Shown: piece by piece, positions 12,614 to 26,860 of the stretch
Layout of the letters: the number at the start of each line of letters is the position of its first letter
How positions within the stretch are numbered: position 1 is the stretch's first letter
Source of the DNA: Bugula neritina
Lineage: Eukaryota; Animalia; Bryozoa
Direction: 5' to 3'
Assembly: GCA_964035545.1 (NCBI GenBank)
Contig: OZ037766.1
Location: 10,406,722-10,470,721 of the forward strand
DNA length: 64,000 bases
Program-made: the position numbers and the translations under genes
The notes under the pieces: model-generated
Database searches by the model: none
Told to the model about the DNA's origin: nothing
What the model saw: only the letters and a program-made list of their open reading frames with translations

Positions 12614-14076
12614 AATGAGTCTAACTTGATTTAAAATCTGCAACATTTCAATATACAAGAAAAATTTCACCTTTTGTGTAAATAGTATTACTACAATAGT
12701 ATAAATTATATCAAATTACTGAATTATACCCGAAGAGCAAAACTTATTAAACACAATGAAGGCCTATTATAATTTTAAAAGTGCAGCTACACTGCAGGAG
12801 TTATACAACGTATAAGTGATTAATAGACTGTTAAGCATTGGTAAACTATAATATGTTGTTAATCTATCAAGGGTCAATACATATTGAGGATTGACCAGTG
12901 TATCTGTATGGAGTAAAGATTAGAACTCAAGAAGTGTTGCACCCGGGCATAAAGTTTTGTATATTTTTGTGTGCAATTAACATTGATATGATGCCAAGAA
13001 TACAATAAACATATTATAATGACTGCGTTTCTCTTCTCCCCACGTACAGTACTTCAATTTTTAAAATAATACAAATAGACAGCAATAACACGAGTTACTT
13101 AATTATACTAAATATATTTAAAATGTAACCTAGGCAATTATTTTATTCATATAGCTCTACAGGATATAATGTTATTCAATATTGAGCCCTTAATTGTACT
13201 TACCAGAACAACCCTTGATTATCCAAATGAATTAAATATTTAACATGAGTTAGATTTTATAATCAACTAATGTGCTGGTCACACCGATACAAAGGAACTT
13301 GTTTTTAAACTGTAAAATTTCAGCATAACCTCACATGTTGCAGGTTATTATGTGGAATTCCACTTTGAAACAAATTTCTACCTGCATTTCTAAAATATTT
13401 GCTGGTTGGCGTTTTAACTTCTAACGCAAGTTTTTCAACCAGCTACTGAGTGTGGGCGCTTAACCAGATCACGGAAATGTTTTTAAAGCTCAATCTAATA
13501 TATAAAGCAGCTATTGGTGGTCTTGCTGAACGGATAAATAATGTAATTAATGTTTAAGAAAAATATTCACAATTTTTAATAATATGGAAATTTGTAAATA
13601 TTTACAGAAGAACATTACATGGAGACCTCCATAAAACCAACTTAATATTCTAATGCACATCACTATATATTCTTCAATGGGTAAGAGTATAAGGGGAAGG
13701 AGATACATAACTATATTAGATAATTGCTCTCAGTTTTGTGCTCTCTACTGCAAGGTGGCTTGTACGCTGTGCTACCGGTGAATTATTAGGTTGGGTGTAA
13801 GTAAAAACAGCTCCATATATTCACACTTTCTTAGTAACCGGTTGACTATTTAGCTTATATGTGTGTTATAACTAGCTAAACTATAATAAATGATATGTTA
13901 ATCAAACCAGTTTAATCAGGTAAAAGCAATTATGAATAAAGAACATTACTTTTTCATTACTGCATCGAAATACCAGTATTAAATTGAAAAACAGCGAAAT
14001 TTTTCTAAAAGTACGTTTTAGATTTAAATGCATATTTGATGAGCAGTATATTATATGCAAGATGCAGCAACTCATG

Positions 14077-14205
14077 ATAGAGCCTGGTATATGTCTATAT
14101 TTGTATATGTATATAGAGTCTGGTATATGTCAATATATGTATATGTATATAGAGTCTGGTATATGTCAATATATGTATATGTATATAGAGTCTAGTATAT
14201 GTCAA
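14077..14205. repeat. 36-bp minisatellite, ~3.5 copies
   Basis: Unit ATATAGAGTCTGGTATATGTCAATATATGTATATGT. Confidence 0.9.
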
Positions 14206-14347
14206 AATAAACAATTGTGAAGAAAGTAACCAAAGACCTTTCAATCTTGCAACTTGTTGGTACAAGATTTTTCATCATCACTTTCTTGCCCTTTTATACA
14301 TTTTCCAACACAGAGAAATTATTCCAATGTATATTAGAAATATAACC

Positions 14348-14524
14348 AGGGAGCAGCCGTGGTTTAGGGGTTAGAGGCCATGAAAGTTATGTTAGAAAGA
14401 GCATCCAGTCATAATTACTCCTGAGTTCTATATGAATTTAAGTCCTTAGCCCTATTTAACAAAAACCCATTCCATCAGGGGCTTTTTCACAGCGGTGGTG
14501 TCTATATGAAATTGCATGAGTTTT
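14348..14524 (+). mobile_element. tRNA-derived SINE copy 1 (internally deleted)
   Basis: Matches copies 2-4 but lacks the anticodon/B-box segment; flanked by TATTAGAAATATAAC (14332-14346) and TATTAGAAATGTAAC (14525-14539). Confidence 0.8.
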
Positions 14525-16689
14525 TATTAGAAATGTAACTAAACTCTTAGACTCAAGCTATCATTATGCTTAATGCTTAAATTATAGAAGAGGCTATAAA
14601 AATACTGTGATTTTTCAATTTTCACAATTCTTTTTTCCACAGGAAATATCCAAGGATATCTCAAAAAGTATTAAAAAAGCTAGCCGACTTATCATATGAA
14701 GGTTAACGCAACATATAATATTTATCAGTATAGAAAAAGCTGCCTGTTCTTCTGATTAAATAGATATATTTACAGGCATCTCCATTGCATGGGCTGCTTT
14801 GCCAACGTAATGCGTTATTAGTTATTAACAAGTTTTAAACACATAGTTTATGTGCATTATAAAGTATTTATTGTAAGCCAAAATCATAGAGTAAATACTA
14901 TATTATACACAATAATACCTGTTCAACATTCAGTGATAAATTGTGGCTTAGTCATCAATTATAAACACCTAGATGAGAATAACTTGTCAGGATTTGCAAT
15001 GTGGACTGCACTTTTTCTGTGCATACGTATTTCTTGTTGATTAATAAGAAAGTATGATTTTCGTAAATATCATAAATTATACCCTCAACTTTTTTTATCT
15101 AATATGTACAACGCTACAAGATAAAAAAGTATAAATGCATTTTATTCTGACTCACAATAACAGCTGCTCAAGTAGTTTATTCAAAGAATAGAATTAAATT
15201 TGCGTAAAACTTATAGTTTTAAAAAGATAAAACGAGTCAAAGAAACTACAAGCAGACTAAAATGAGATAACTCTGGTGAGCTTATTATATATAGCAAGCA
15301 ATAATGGATGCTATTTAACCTTCTGAATTAATCTGCTTCCTAGTTTCCTTCTACAATTGAGTTATGTATTTGTTGGGTAAAATCATCAAATGCAAAATTA
15401 ATAACAAAGTGGTACAAATAAATAACTCTCAACAGTCTACAACATATATCATTGCATATATGCGTATATCACCGCATATATGCGTATATCACATGATGGT
15501 TTGTGTCAAAGTTATACATGAAGCAACAAAAATTATCATTTTTATTTGACCTACATGTTTTATAAACAAGACACGGTGAAGTTGTTTATTTTACAAATAT
15601 GTAGCCTTTCCCATGATCACCATGCCATCAAAAATTTTAATGAAGAGCTATTTTATCATTGCCTTAAACATTGAAACTTTCAATTCTTATACATATATTT
15701 GGCAATATTAATTAGCATAAGTAACTGGAACAATTAAAGGTAGAGTGGGACATAGCCATGTCTTCTTTCTATATATAACATTCATTATACTTTATATTAG
15801 ACCCAGCAGTTTTCAAGGGTGACACACCACATTAGTTAAAGTGGTTATGAAAGGTTTCACAGGTAGACGAACTGAGTAACTGCTCCACCAACGAACTGCA
15901 AGCATTTAATTTGCTCTTTTCTAAACTCAGTGTCAAGAATATTGGATCATTTATACCATTAAAGCATGAGATTGAAAATGAATCTGTCTTAACTCAGTTT
16001 GTGGTAAGCAAGTATTATCTGTTGTAGCTCTTTCACTCTAACTTCAAGTTGCATGGGCATTTGAAGTTGTATTATTCATTTCTTTACAGCTAAGCAAATG
16101 CTAGTTCAGCAAAGGTTAGTTGTAAGTTCAACTGTCTTAACTCACTAGAAAAAAGCTGTAATCTATTTACATAGAAATGTTCAAAATTTGACCAAAATGG
16201 ATTCCTTAAAAAGGATCAGTGAATGAAGAACCTGAATTGGTTTTTGTAATTAATATTATGAGGTGTGGCAGACAGATTGGTAAGTTTTTTATTCAGATTA
16301 GTTAAGTCGAAAACACTAAAATTTTCAATTGTAGTTTATGATTTAAATTCTATCCTAGAAAATATATTAAATCAGTGCATATGTTATGTTATATAGTCTA
16401 ATTGCCTTAGTAGATGGAGAACTTGAAAAATAAAAGTTGTAGCTTACTGTTTGTAAGATAGCCTACAGTTGAAATACTTGGAGTACTACTTTTTTCAAGT
16501 AATAAAAAACGAAGCAACTTGATCAACACTTAAGCATATGGAAATTGTGTTTTTTATAAGATAGTAATAGTTGTTAAAACACTATCAGTATAGTTTAGCA
16601 CTTGAGTTTGGTTTCTGGGAAGTTGCAATCTAACACTATTACTGCTGATGCTTGAATAAAAATTAAAAGCTGATATGAGACCTTGACAT

Positions 16690-17041
16690 GATTTTAGGCA
16701 AAAATGGCACAGGTAAAAATAGCACAAGTAATAATGGCACAAATGGAAAAGTAGGTAAAACAGGCACACTGATGTTAAATTTTCTCAAACCCCAACCCTT
16801 AAACCCCATCCCCAAACCTAACCGCCATTCCAAGCCCCCAACCCCAACCTCAAACCCTAATATTGAAAATGTGCCATTTTTACCTATACTTTGCCATTTG
16901 TGCCATTATTGCCTGTGCCATTATTACCTGTGCCATTATTGCCTGTGCCATTATTACCTGTGCCATTATTACCTGTGCCATTATTGCCTGTGCTATTATT
17001 ACCTGTGCCATTTTTACCAGTGCCATTTTTTACTGGACACC
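16690..17041. mobile_element. Non-autonomous DNA element with inverted arrays of a 15-bp subrepeat and a C-rich core
   Basis: Left arm GGTAAAAATGGCACA-type units, right arm 9 x TGTGCCATTATTACC, central AACCCY-rich spacer; 9-bp direct repeat CCTTGACAT at 16681-16689 and 17042-17050; its left end recurs at 28791-28820. Confidence 0.75.
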
Positions 17042-18445
17042 CCTTGACATCGCAGGATTTAAAAACTAAAAACCATGTTGAACCTAAAAGTTAGTCTATT
17101 CGATGCAGGCTCTAATATTTTCACAAAAATATTAGAGCATAAAAAATAGTCTCATTTAACTTATCATTACATATCTAACCTATAATAGGCTATTTATAGC
17201 AATCATGTGCATACATATTCTATAAATAGATCTCTTGTGTATATAGAGGCATAAAAGAAGGTTGCAATTATTATATATGAGTTGATATTTTAATGTCGAT
17301 CTTAAAATCTTAAAATCGATCAGCACTAAATAGACTAAAATACTAAAAGCACAGCACTAAACTAACAACAGATTATCAAAAGTTAAAAGTGGGAAAAAGT
17401 TAGAGCCAAGTTGCTTTAATAGGGAACAATGATATCTTTTGTACAGCATTTCAAATCATACAAATTTTAAACAAAATAATTTAGACTAAGAGAAAAGTCC
17501 ACTACATATAGACTCAACCCAAGCATGTATAATTAGTACAGGTTCATTGCTTTACATGACACCAGAGAAATAAACACAACATCTAATAAAGCTCTGCTAA
17601 AGAAGTTCTTTTTAGAAGTTGATAAAACTCTTGCTTGTTGAAAAGTTTACTATAAATAGCTTTTAAGCAGAATAAAGACAGTAATGCACTAGTGAAAAAC
17701 ATACAGCTTGATAAAAGGAAAACATTTAAATCTGTAAATGAGTAATTAATAAACATTTAACCATATGAAAACAAAAATTGTTACAGTTAATACAAGTAAA
17801 AATGCCTGAGGACATATTTAAATCATTTTTTATCTTATCGCCTCAATTTCAACGTATTTGGTCCTAAACTCTGCCATAAAAAGTTGTATGCCTTTTGGAT
17901 CAATCAGATGTAAGAGTCGAACATTTTTACATGCTTTGCTTGTATCCAGCTATTGTCTTCAAAATTAGAGGCGTATTCGAGGTTTTACTGGTATGCTGGT
18001 AAAATTCGCTATGTTAGAATATTTTAGGTGCTGATCCAAACAGCTAGGCCCTCCTCAAGCCATAATACAAAATTTAAGCTGCGACATTTTGGTTGAGAAC
18101 TTGTGCTGTTGCATATAACTCATTCTATAAACTATGTATTTGCTTATCACTATCAATAGTAACACATCACTCTCTGTATTATATGTTCTAATAAAACTCC
18201 AGTCTCTCCTCTAGCTGCTTTGAAAGTTCAACTGTACCTACAGACAGGGAAAACAAATTTATATAAAATCTATATAATTATAAGTATAAAAGTTATAGTA
18301 AACATTTATTAACAGAAACGTTGACACCCGATGTATTGCTATTTTCATGTTTGGTCGCACGATTTTGCAGGAAAAAAATTAGATGAATTCTTGTAATAAT
18401 TCTCAGAGTTTCTTGGCCTCGGAAAAGTTTTTCTGACCAGCTGAA

Positions 18446-21400
18446 ATGAAGGAGAAAGGTGTTGATCACGACTGTGAAGAAAATACGCTATATAGCAAAA
18501 GTCTTTTGCAAAAAGCTTCACAGGGAGAATATCATGCGGTGAAGAAAGATGAAGAAAAGAAGACTGGGGCATCTTATACCAGAAAACAGAAGTTCATACT
18601 TTTGTCCACCAGCATCGGGAACTTCTTTTCTTTTTCCTGTGCATCTCTGCCAGCTCCATTTCTACCACAGCTGGTAAGGAAACGCTATGTTGATAAGGAA
18701 CTATAGAAATACCTTTCTATCACACAGTGCAATGGTGTTATCTAGAATATGTTAATAGTGTACAATGCTTTGAATTTAAATAGAAATAGTAGATAACCAT
18801 AATTTTTTGCTTCAAATATCTTAAAATAAAGAAAGTGCGGCTTATGAGGCCTTATGTTATGATGAGACCTTCAACCAGCTGTTGTGCCTATCAAGGTCAC
18901 TGTAGCCTTGCATAAGCAGTTAACTTAGAGACTGGGCTACTTTACACCCCTCATATAGTTCAGATCAAGCTGGCAAGTGTTCTAACCTTGTTCATTTATA
19001 TTCTCTCTTTGATGAATGTCAGAGTAAAGACTGGAGTGATATTCAATAGCAGTGATGGGGTGTGCTGTATTTCTAATAACAATTCCTTGTGTTTAGAATG
19101 AAAGACACAATATTAAATCTGATCTCACTGGATGGATAATAGGACTCTTCTCACTCACATTACTCATACTTGGTCCAGTTTTTGGGAAAACGGTAACTTC
19201 TATTGTATATAGAAATATCTAGCAAATCTTCATGTATAGTGTTCTAAGATATTATAAGATTGATTATTGAACTGTAAATTAGTGGTAAACTGTTTTCAGT
19301 ATTAATTTATATGTGATATATAATTTATGACATGATTTATATTGTACCATGTGATTTATATTATATTATATATATTATATGATATGATTTATATTGTATT
19401 ATAATATAATATTTATTACAATATACAGTATATGATAAATATATGTTATATGGTATATAATATATGATATATGTACATTATGTGATAAATATATGTTGTA
19501 TGTTATATGTTATATATGATAAAAGACACTTTCTTATAAGGTATTATGTAATAGTTTAAAACTGCATCAGATTGTTCTGGTCACAGTCTGTATAATTTCA
19601 GATGAGGAAAGTAAGAATGCACACTGTGTTCACATTTGGACTATTCATATGTGGAGTTATGACGATATTATTTGGATGTCTGGCGTATGTTCCTTTCCCT
19701 GACAGTACAAATAAGAATATAGACACCACATACCTTTTACTAACTACATTGTTAAGAACAGGTCAAGCTATTGGTGCTGCTGCTGTCGCTACTTCTGCCA
19801 TGACCATCTTAAGCACAGCGTTTCCTGGGAACACAATTAAAGTCTTGGTATGTATTAGCTGAACTTCTTCAGTTTTTATAAAACTATATGCTATAGGCAT
19901 TAACATTGAAGTGATTGGTGATGATTAATTGAAATTTAAGATGCTTTAGAACTAGCTCTTAACTATTAGATTAATATTTTTGTTTTATTTTTTTAATGTT
20001 CTGCATATATGTGTTCATTTAATATTTAAAGAGCAAGTTGGAACTGTATAAACCAGGAAAGAATACTTTCCAACACTTGTATAGTAGGTGGTGTAATGAC
20101 TAAACAGTATAAGTTTGTTTTGCAATGTTGAAGGGGTATGGAGAAACTGTGATTGGCTTAGGAGTGACATGTGGACCTGCTATAGGTGGAGGACTTTTCA
20201 AGGTAACAAAAACCGAAAGCTTCAACATTTTAAAAACATCTTGAAATTTATTTTGGCTAATACTTATGCATAAAAACTACAGGAAAATTGTTTGATAATT
20301 TAACACCAATGGTACCAAAATATTAACAGAATTTTAGGAAAATTAACATCAATGATTATTTCAAGTTACAAAATAGTGTAGCCTATAATAATATAAAACA
20401 GAAATAATATTTATTGGTTCTGTGCGACTTATCTAGTCAAACCCTTATTTGCATCATAAAAATAATTCTTTGTAAATAATATAGAGTCTAATATATTCAT
20501 GATACAGCATAGACTGGTTTTACAAATGTTGTGTAATTATTAAAGTTTATATTTTAGCTAGGAGGGTTCATGACTGTGTTTGGTGGTGTTGGTGCGCTCA
20601 TAGTTATAAGTACAGTGTTGACTTGGTTTCTTTTACCAAAGGATAGTAAGTATATATTGCAGTATGCTATTTTTACAAGAGTCTAGTTTATTCTGGAATG
20701 TGTAATATATAACATTGTAATATAGACATAAAAAAGATTTGTAATATAATAGACATTCATAGACAAGTATTGTAATATAGATGCAAAAAAACAATGTAAA
20801 ATATATATATACTGTAATATAATTATAAGCAAACATTGTAGTAATAGGCCTATAATATATAGACAAATGTATTGCATGTATTGTATATCATTAAATGCAA
20901 AACTAAATGCACAAAATGAATATGATAAATATAAAACTGTTTGGAAAACTGACGCAATTATTAATGATACATCTATGCAAGTAGCATATTATACTGGTGT
21001 ATCTTCACAATATCAGTTTGATCTTCTGTTTCGTAAGCTCTAGATATACATATATAACTGTATGTGTTATAGAGGTGCGTTTAACAATTTACTCTTATAA
21101 ATCAGCACATTCTAATGAATTTAATAAATATGCACTGCTAAATACACTATGTGCTCCTTGATCTACTAGTATATCACACCAGTATAATATATATAATAAT
21201 AAACGGTTACCTCAAAGCATAACTGTTATACACAGCAATTCATCAAGCAGTCTTTTGCTCAAGTATAGACAAGAATGTCATAATTTTTTTTCCTTTGTTT
21301 AAAGTTTGCATTCTCACTAACTGTAATTCGATGAATATCTAACCCTTATTTTCAAATACTTTTGTCATGTTTTTATGCCACTGCTAAAAAAGTCAGCTTT

Positions 21401-24400
21401 CAATATGAAATTATATTATATCTAACAATAGTATAATTATAGGAATTTTAATGCATAGTATTCTTTTAGTTGCATTGCTCTGCGTGTTGTAATTGGTATA
21501 TTATTTTAAAAAACAAAATGTTATTATGTCATCTTACTTTTTTTACTTCCAAGGAGTGTTTCCAATACACAGAAAAACATGTCTTTTAATATCAAATTTG
21601 AGTATAGTTAAAAACTTTGTATACATATTTTTACAGTTGAGTTTGGAAGTCATGATAAGAAAAACCGGTCCATGTCTGGTCTGCTGTCAAATGTCTACAT
21701 GATAGTATCTCTAGTAGTAGCTATGAGTACAGGGGTACTCTGGGCTAGTGTTCAACCAGTTCTAGAACCTGAGCTACGAAGCAAGGTATAACTTATTGGT
21801 AGAACTGATAACTGCTATTCTCTGCATAGCTACCTCATTATTTATATCATTATACAACATATTTATCCATATATGTTATATCTTTTAAAGACATATACTT
21901 TACTGGAAAACAGATTTCTCATGTTTTACAAAGTCAACTTTTTTATTAATTTTGCACTCTTATCATACTCATGTACAAGCTCAATGGTATTTTAAAAATT
22001 ATTCTATAGTATTTTTATGCAAAGTGGTCTAGGGGTTAGAGCGCTTGCCTAGTAAACTCGAGGTCATGGGTTCGAGCCCAGACAAAGGCCATTGGTGATG
22101 TTAGGAAGAGCATCCAGTCATAATTGCTCCTGTGCTTCATTTAAATAATTAGTCCTTAGCCCACTTCAACAAAAACCTTTTCCATCTGGGGTTTCTCACA
22201 GGGATGGTGACTATAAACTTGCGTGAGCTTTCTTTTAAAGAAATACAAAATGGTCATAATTGGGTCTAAAAATGATTTAAAGCGCTTGATGAGTTATATC
22301 ACAAAAAGCATACAAATTAATACTCTGCGCTGTTTTTAATTGCTTGTAGTTTGGATTGAGCCAAGAAATCAGTGCTCTTATATTTCTCCTAATACCGCTG
22401 AGCTACACCATCACGACTCCTCTAGTTGGCAAAGCATTGAACAAATACGTAAGTTGTTTTGTTCACATACAACTTGTGGTTGTAATTTACTGACTATAGT
22501 AAAATTGTGTACTTTGTTTATTGAATATTATTTTCATCTGTCAAACCTCTAACGATTAATTTCAAGTTAAATATATATGTAAAAAACTAGTAGACTGTGA
22601 TGAAAAATTATTGATAATTTGTTTTCCACAATTACTTACTTATACCTCTTCCATTAAAAACTGAGTAGGCCTACGTATCATAATTCTATAGTTGACTCAA
22701 AACTCAATATATAGACATTAATGTGTGCATTTAAATAATTCAGAAAACTGCATCTCATTGGTATAACATTGTGTAGACTTCATCGTCAACTCTAAGCATT
22801 AAACTCTAGATGAAATGGGAAAATTTTGTAGAAATCCTTGGATCTAATTTATGTGATGATGATAGCTTATGGTATTTGTCTAATTGACTTTATCTTCATG
22901 GGACCAACACCTCTGTTCTCCAATCTACCACGGTAGGACTGATAAATAAAAAAATTACTTATGGGATAAAATCTCTGTGGTGCTAAGCTTTATATTGGGC
23001 TGTTATTTAATAAAGAAAATAATAGCAGCTCGTTTTACTCTCTTTAAAGTATCTAAATGTTTGAATTTCTCATTCTGGAATTGATATTATACTGTATCGT
23101 TATACATTGGGGATCCAACATGATGTATACACTGAAGAATATACTGCACCAAACACTTGATTATAAATTTAGTTGATTGATACTGAGATTTCAGGTCTCC
23201 AGTCCAATACTTTACTTAGCAGGTCAGCTGATTGCTGCGCAAAATTCAAGTATAAGAAATAATTTTCTAAAGTCTTTTTTGTAAATTATGTGATTTTTCT
23301 TCTACTATCATTATATTGACACTAGTAACTGTTTAATTTGTGTAATAAGGCAATGTTGTAACAAATATGTTTGGTTTAAGTTATTCCATTATTCTATTAC
23401 TTGATTAAGTGAAAGCCTTACTGTTTAGTATGCAACGTGTGTTAGTTAAGCGAGACATGCTTTATGCAACATTGTGTTATAATATTGTGTTATGCTGGTA
23501 CCACAACGCGTTCTAGAAAAATCAACCAGTATCATATGACATAAGTCTCTCATCTTTCTCACCTAGATGACATAAGTAAATAGAGGGCTAGTAGACAACT
23601 TTAATATTGAATAATTTTTTAAAAGAAAGAAGTGATTTTTAAAAGCAAAAATAGTGTTATGTCAATATTATTTGATGTCATTGTATTCTGTAGACCACTC
23701 TGGTTGCTGCTGTTAACACTGTTTATACAAGGAATCTTGACTGCTTTTGTTGTTATTCCTTCTATGGAACTTGCCTTCAACAAATGTGGAATGTAAGTGA
23801 GCGCATTACTAATAATTATTATAACATCATATAGTTATGGGAAATATTACGTGTTTATATAAAAGTGCACAAATATATTATTATACCTTTTTTATAGCTA
23901 CGTATAATAATTATATACTTTGAATAAAACTGTAAAGTTAGAAAAGATAACTATACAGTTGACACCATCTTTGGTATAGAATTTAGAGTTGATATAAAAA
24001 TATTGATGTGAACTAGTGACATGTATATACAGTTATATATAATAAAATAGCTTATGCTTTAGAAAAACGAGTAATGAGCAAACACCTGATGCAGCCCTCA
24101 TGGCAATGATATCTGGGATGTGGCTGAGTGCATATGCTGTTGGGTAAGTATTTCTATTGGCTGAGACATCATGCCATTCTTCTATATATATTATATATGA
24201 CTATATAGTAAATCAGTAGCATTGGTATATATGCTTCCCAATAACATTCTAATACTTCTGTATATTTTTAGAGTTAAACAATAAATTATAATTGCATGTG
24301 TGACATTATGTAAACTACATGTGGTCATACTTATACATGCTGATATAATCATTAATTTCCTGAGTAAAAGATTTATAGACAAAAATCTTATAAGATATAG

Positions 24401-24819
24401 AATTGAATTACACATCATCTTTTGAGTGTGGAGTTACTCTAGTTTCAAATAGCGAAAGAAAAATTCATTGGGCATTTAGCAATTGAAATCAGCAAATGCA
24501 ACCTTGTGAAAGCCAAAGTGGTACATTTTATATATACGCATACACAATTTCTATATGGTGCTGTCATGTCCCATATTTTGTATGTTTTAGAGAATTTCTT
24601 GGTCCCACAATCTCAGGGGTTGTTGCAGAATATGCCAACTTTGGATGGGCCATGACAGTCTATGGGTTCATGTGTCTAGCGTTTGTCTTATTGATGATAA
24701 TGATTAAACTTTATGAATGCATGAAGAAAAACAGACCTGATCATAAAACATCTGGTGAAAATACACAGAATACTATTCCAATGACAGTTGTGGATGAATG
24801 TAAACCTCTTTTGAAATAA
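18446..24819 (+). CDS. SLC18B1: MFS transporter, SLC18B1/VPAT-like, paralogue B, 11 coding exons, ~494 aa
   Basis: Exons 18446-18673, 19097-19192, 19602-19847, 20134-20202, 20558-20645, 21637-21785, 22350-22448, 22832-22932, 23694-23792, 24063-24143, 24591-24819; intron phases match paralogue A. Confidence 0.88.
22024..22230 (+). mobile_element. tRNA-Thr(AGT)-derived SINE copy 2, in intron 6 of paralogue B
   Basis: A-box TGGTCTAGGGG, anticodon arm GCCTAGTAAAC and B-box GGTTCGAGCCC, followed by a body shared with the other copies. Confidence 0.85.
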
Positions 24820-25637
24820 TTAATGTTGAACCTTTTTACGCTTTGACTCACATATTGATTAATGGCTACGATATTTTTATCAAATTTAAAACTTGGGTGA
24901 TAGTTGGGTTTAAGATTATATTATTTGCAGCAGTTGAGAAGTGTTTGAGACTTTACTTTCTTAACCAAGTGGAATAAAAAACATCTTAATAAAAGTAGCT
25001 TGCTGCCAAGCCCAGTTTGACATACCACAATGTTCTGTAATAATTATGCTGATTTTATTTATAAAGTATAAATTTCTGAATTAAAATAAACACGAAAAAG
25101 TTTATAGACTGTCTTCAGTTACTTCAATTAGTATATTAGTATAGTTTGACACAAGTTGTTTGTCCAAATGAGAGGAATGGTAATAAATTCAAAAGAGATA
25201 CCTGTCATGGAGGTCGGAGTTGTGTACACAAGAACAATATGAAAAAGGAGAATAAGTCACAACTAAATTATTTTTACTTTTACAGACTAAAATCTGTACA
25301 CGTATATAGCTATTATATAAATTGTTAAATGTTAAATTTCAGCAACACGCAATTAAAATTTAGAAGCTTCTAACGGGAATAGCTAGTATAGAATACCTTT
25401 ATATAGAATATCTGAAGTCAATTTAAACAAATGGGTAGTTGTGATGTTTATACAAATGTTTTATATATTTTACCCAGCTTTATTTCATGGCTTATTTTAA
25501 TCTTTCAACTTTCTTTAAAGAATATAACAGGTTTTATAAACACCTTTTTAAAGCTTATAAATTTGTTTAAGTTAATGTCTAAGACTTGCAATTAAATCCG
25601 TAAGACTGCTAGCATGTCGTGACTTTTTTTCACCTAA

Positions 25638-26017
<380 letters not shown>

Positions 26018-26860
26018 CTTAATAAAATTTAATTTGTTTTCTTATAGACACAATGTGTAAGTTAGTAGATGACAGATATTAACCCAAAATGTTGCTTAAT
26101 AAATGATATAGGTACATGTATGTAACATAGTTTGTATATACATAATGCAGTATGTATATAATATATAGCCTGTATATTACAATCTAGTCTGCATATCATA
26201 TAGTCCATAGCAGCTGCGCCTTATAGAGATAAAATAATATTAATGCATGTTCTTAATAATATTTTATAAATGCAGATCAAAGAAAGTTATTTATGTGCTC
26301 AATACGTGCTTTATTTAAATAATATTTAAATAAATTGCACATAAAATTTATGTTGTACTAAAATAAAAAACAGTGTCTAACAGGGAAGCCTCCAAGTGGG
26401 AAGCGTCCAAGGGGGAAATTTAGCCTAGAGTCTAGCTGAGAAGCGTATATCTGGGATGAAACCACTTATTACATCAAGTGAAAGATTTATAGAAGTATAT
26501 AATTTATAAGGTAAAAAGAGGGTTCAATCCACTAGAAATATTTTGTCTTACTGGTTAGAAAAATAAGTAAAGTTAATCTAATTTATGTACTAAATAACAA
26601 GTGGATTAAGTCCTCGTATTGATACTTGATACATTAAACCTGACATAATGACAACAGAAATTTGAAGTATGTCAAAGGAAACCAATTTTCACCAAATCAG
26701 ATTAATTAGCTCTGACAAGCAGCTTCTTTTACATGTTTTTAATTTATGCTACTTGAAAAAAGCTCAAAACACTTCCCAGCTGTTGAAAATAGTACATTAA
26801 AAACATTGTAACCACTAATCAATAAGTGAGAAAAAATGTAGAAAAGTTTAACATTATAAG

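Noticed and set aside
16688-17094. ORFs with LCHYY / CAIIT / PVPLL repeats
   Set aside because: They are products of the 15-bp subrepeat of a mobile element.
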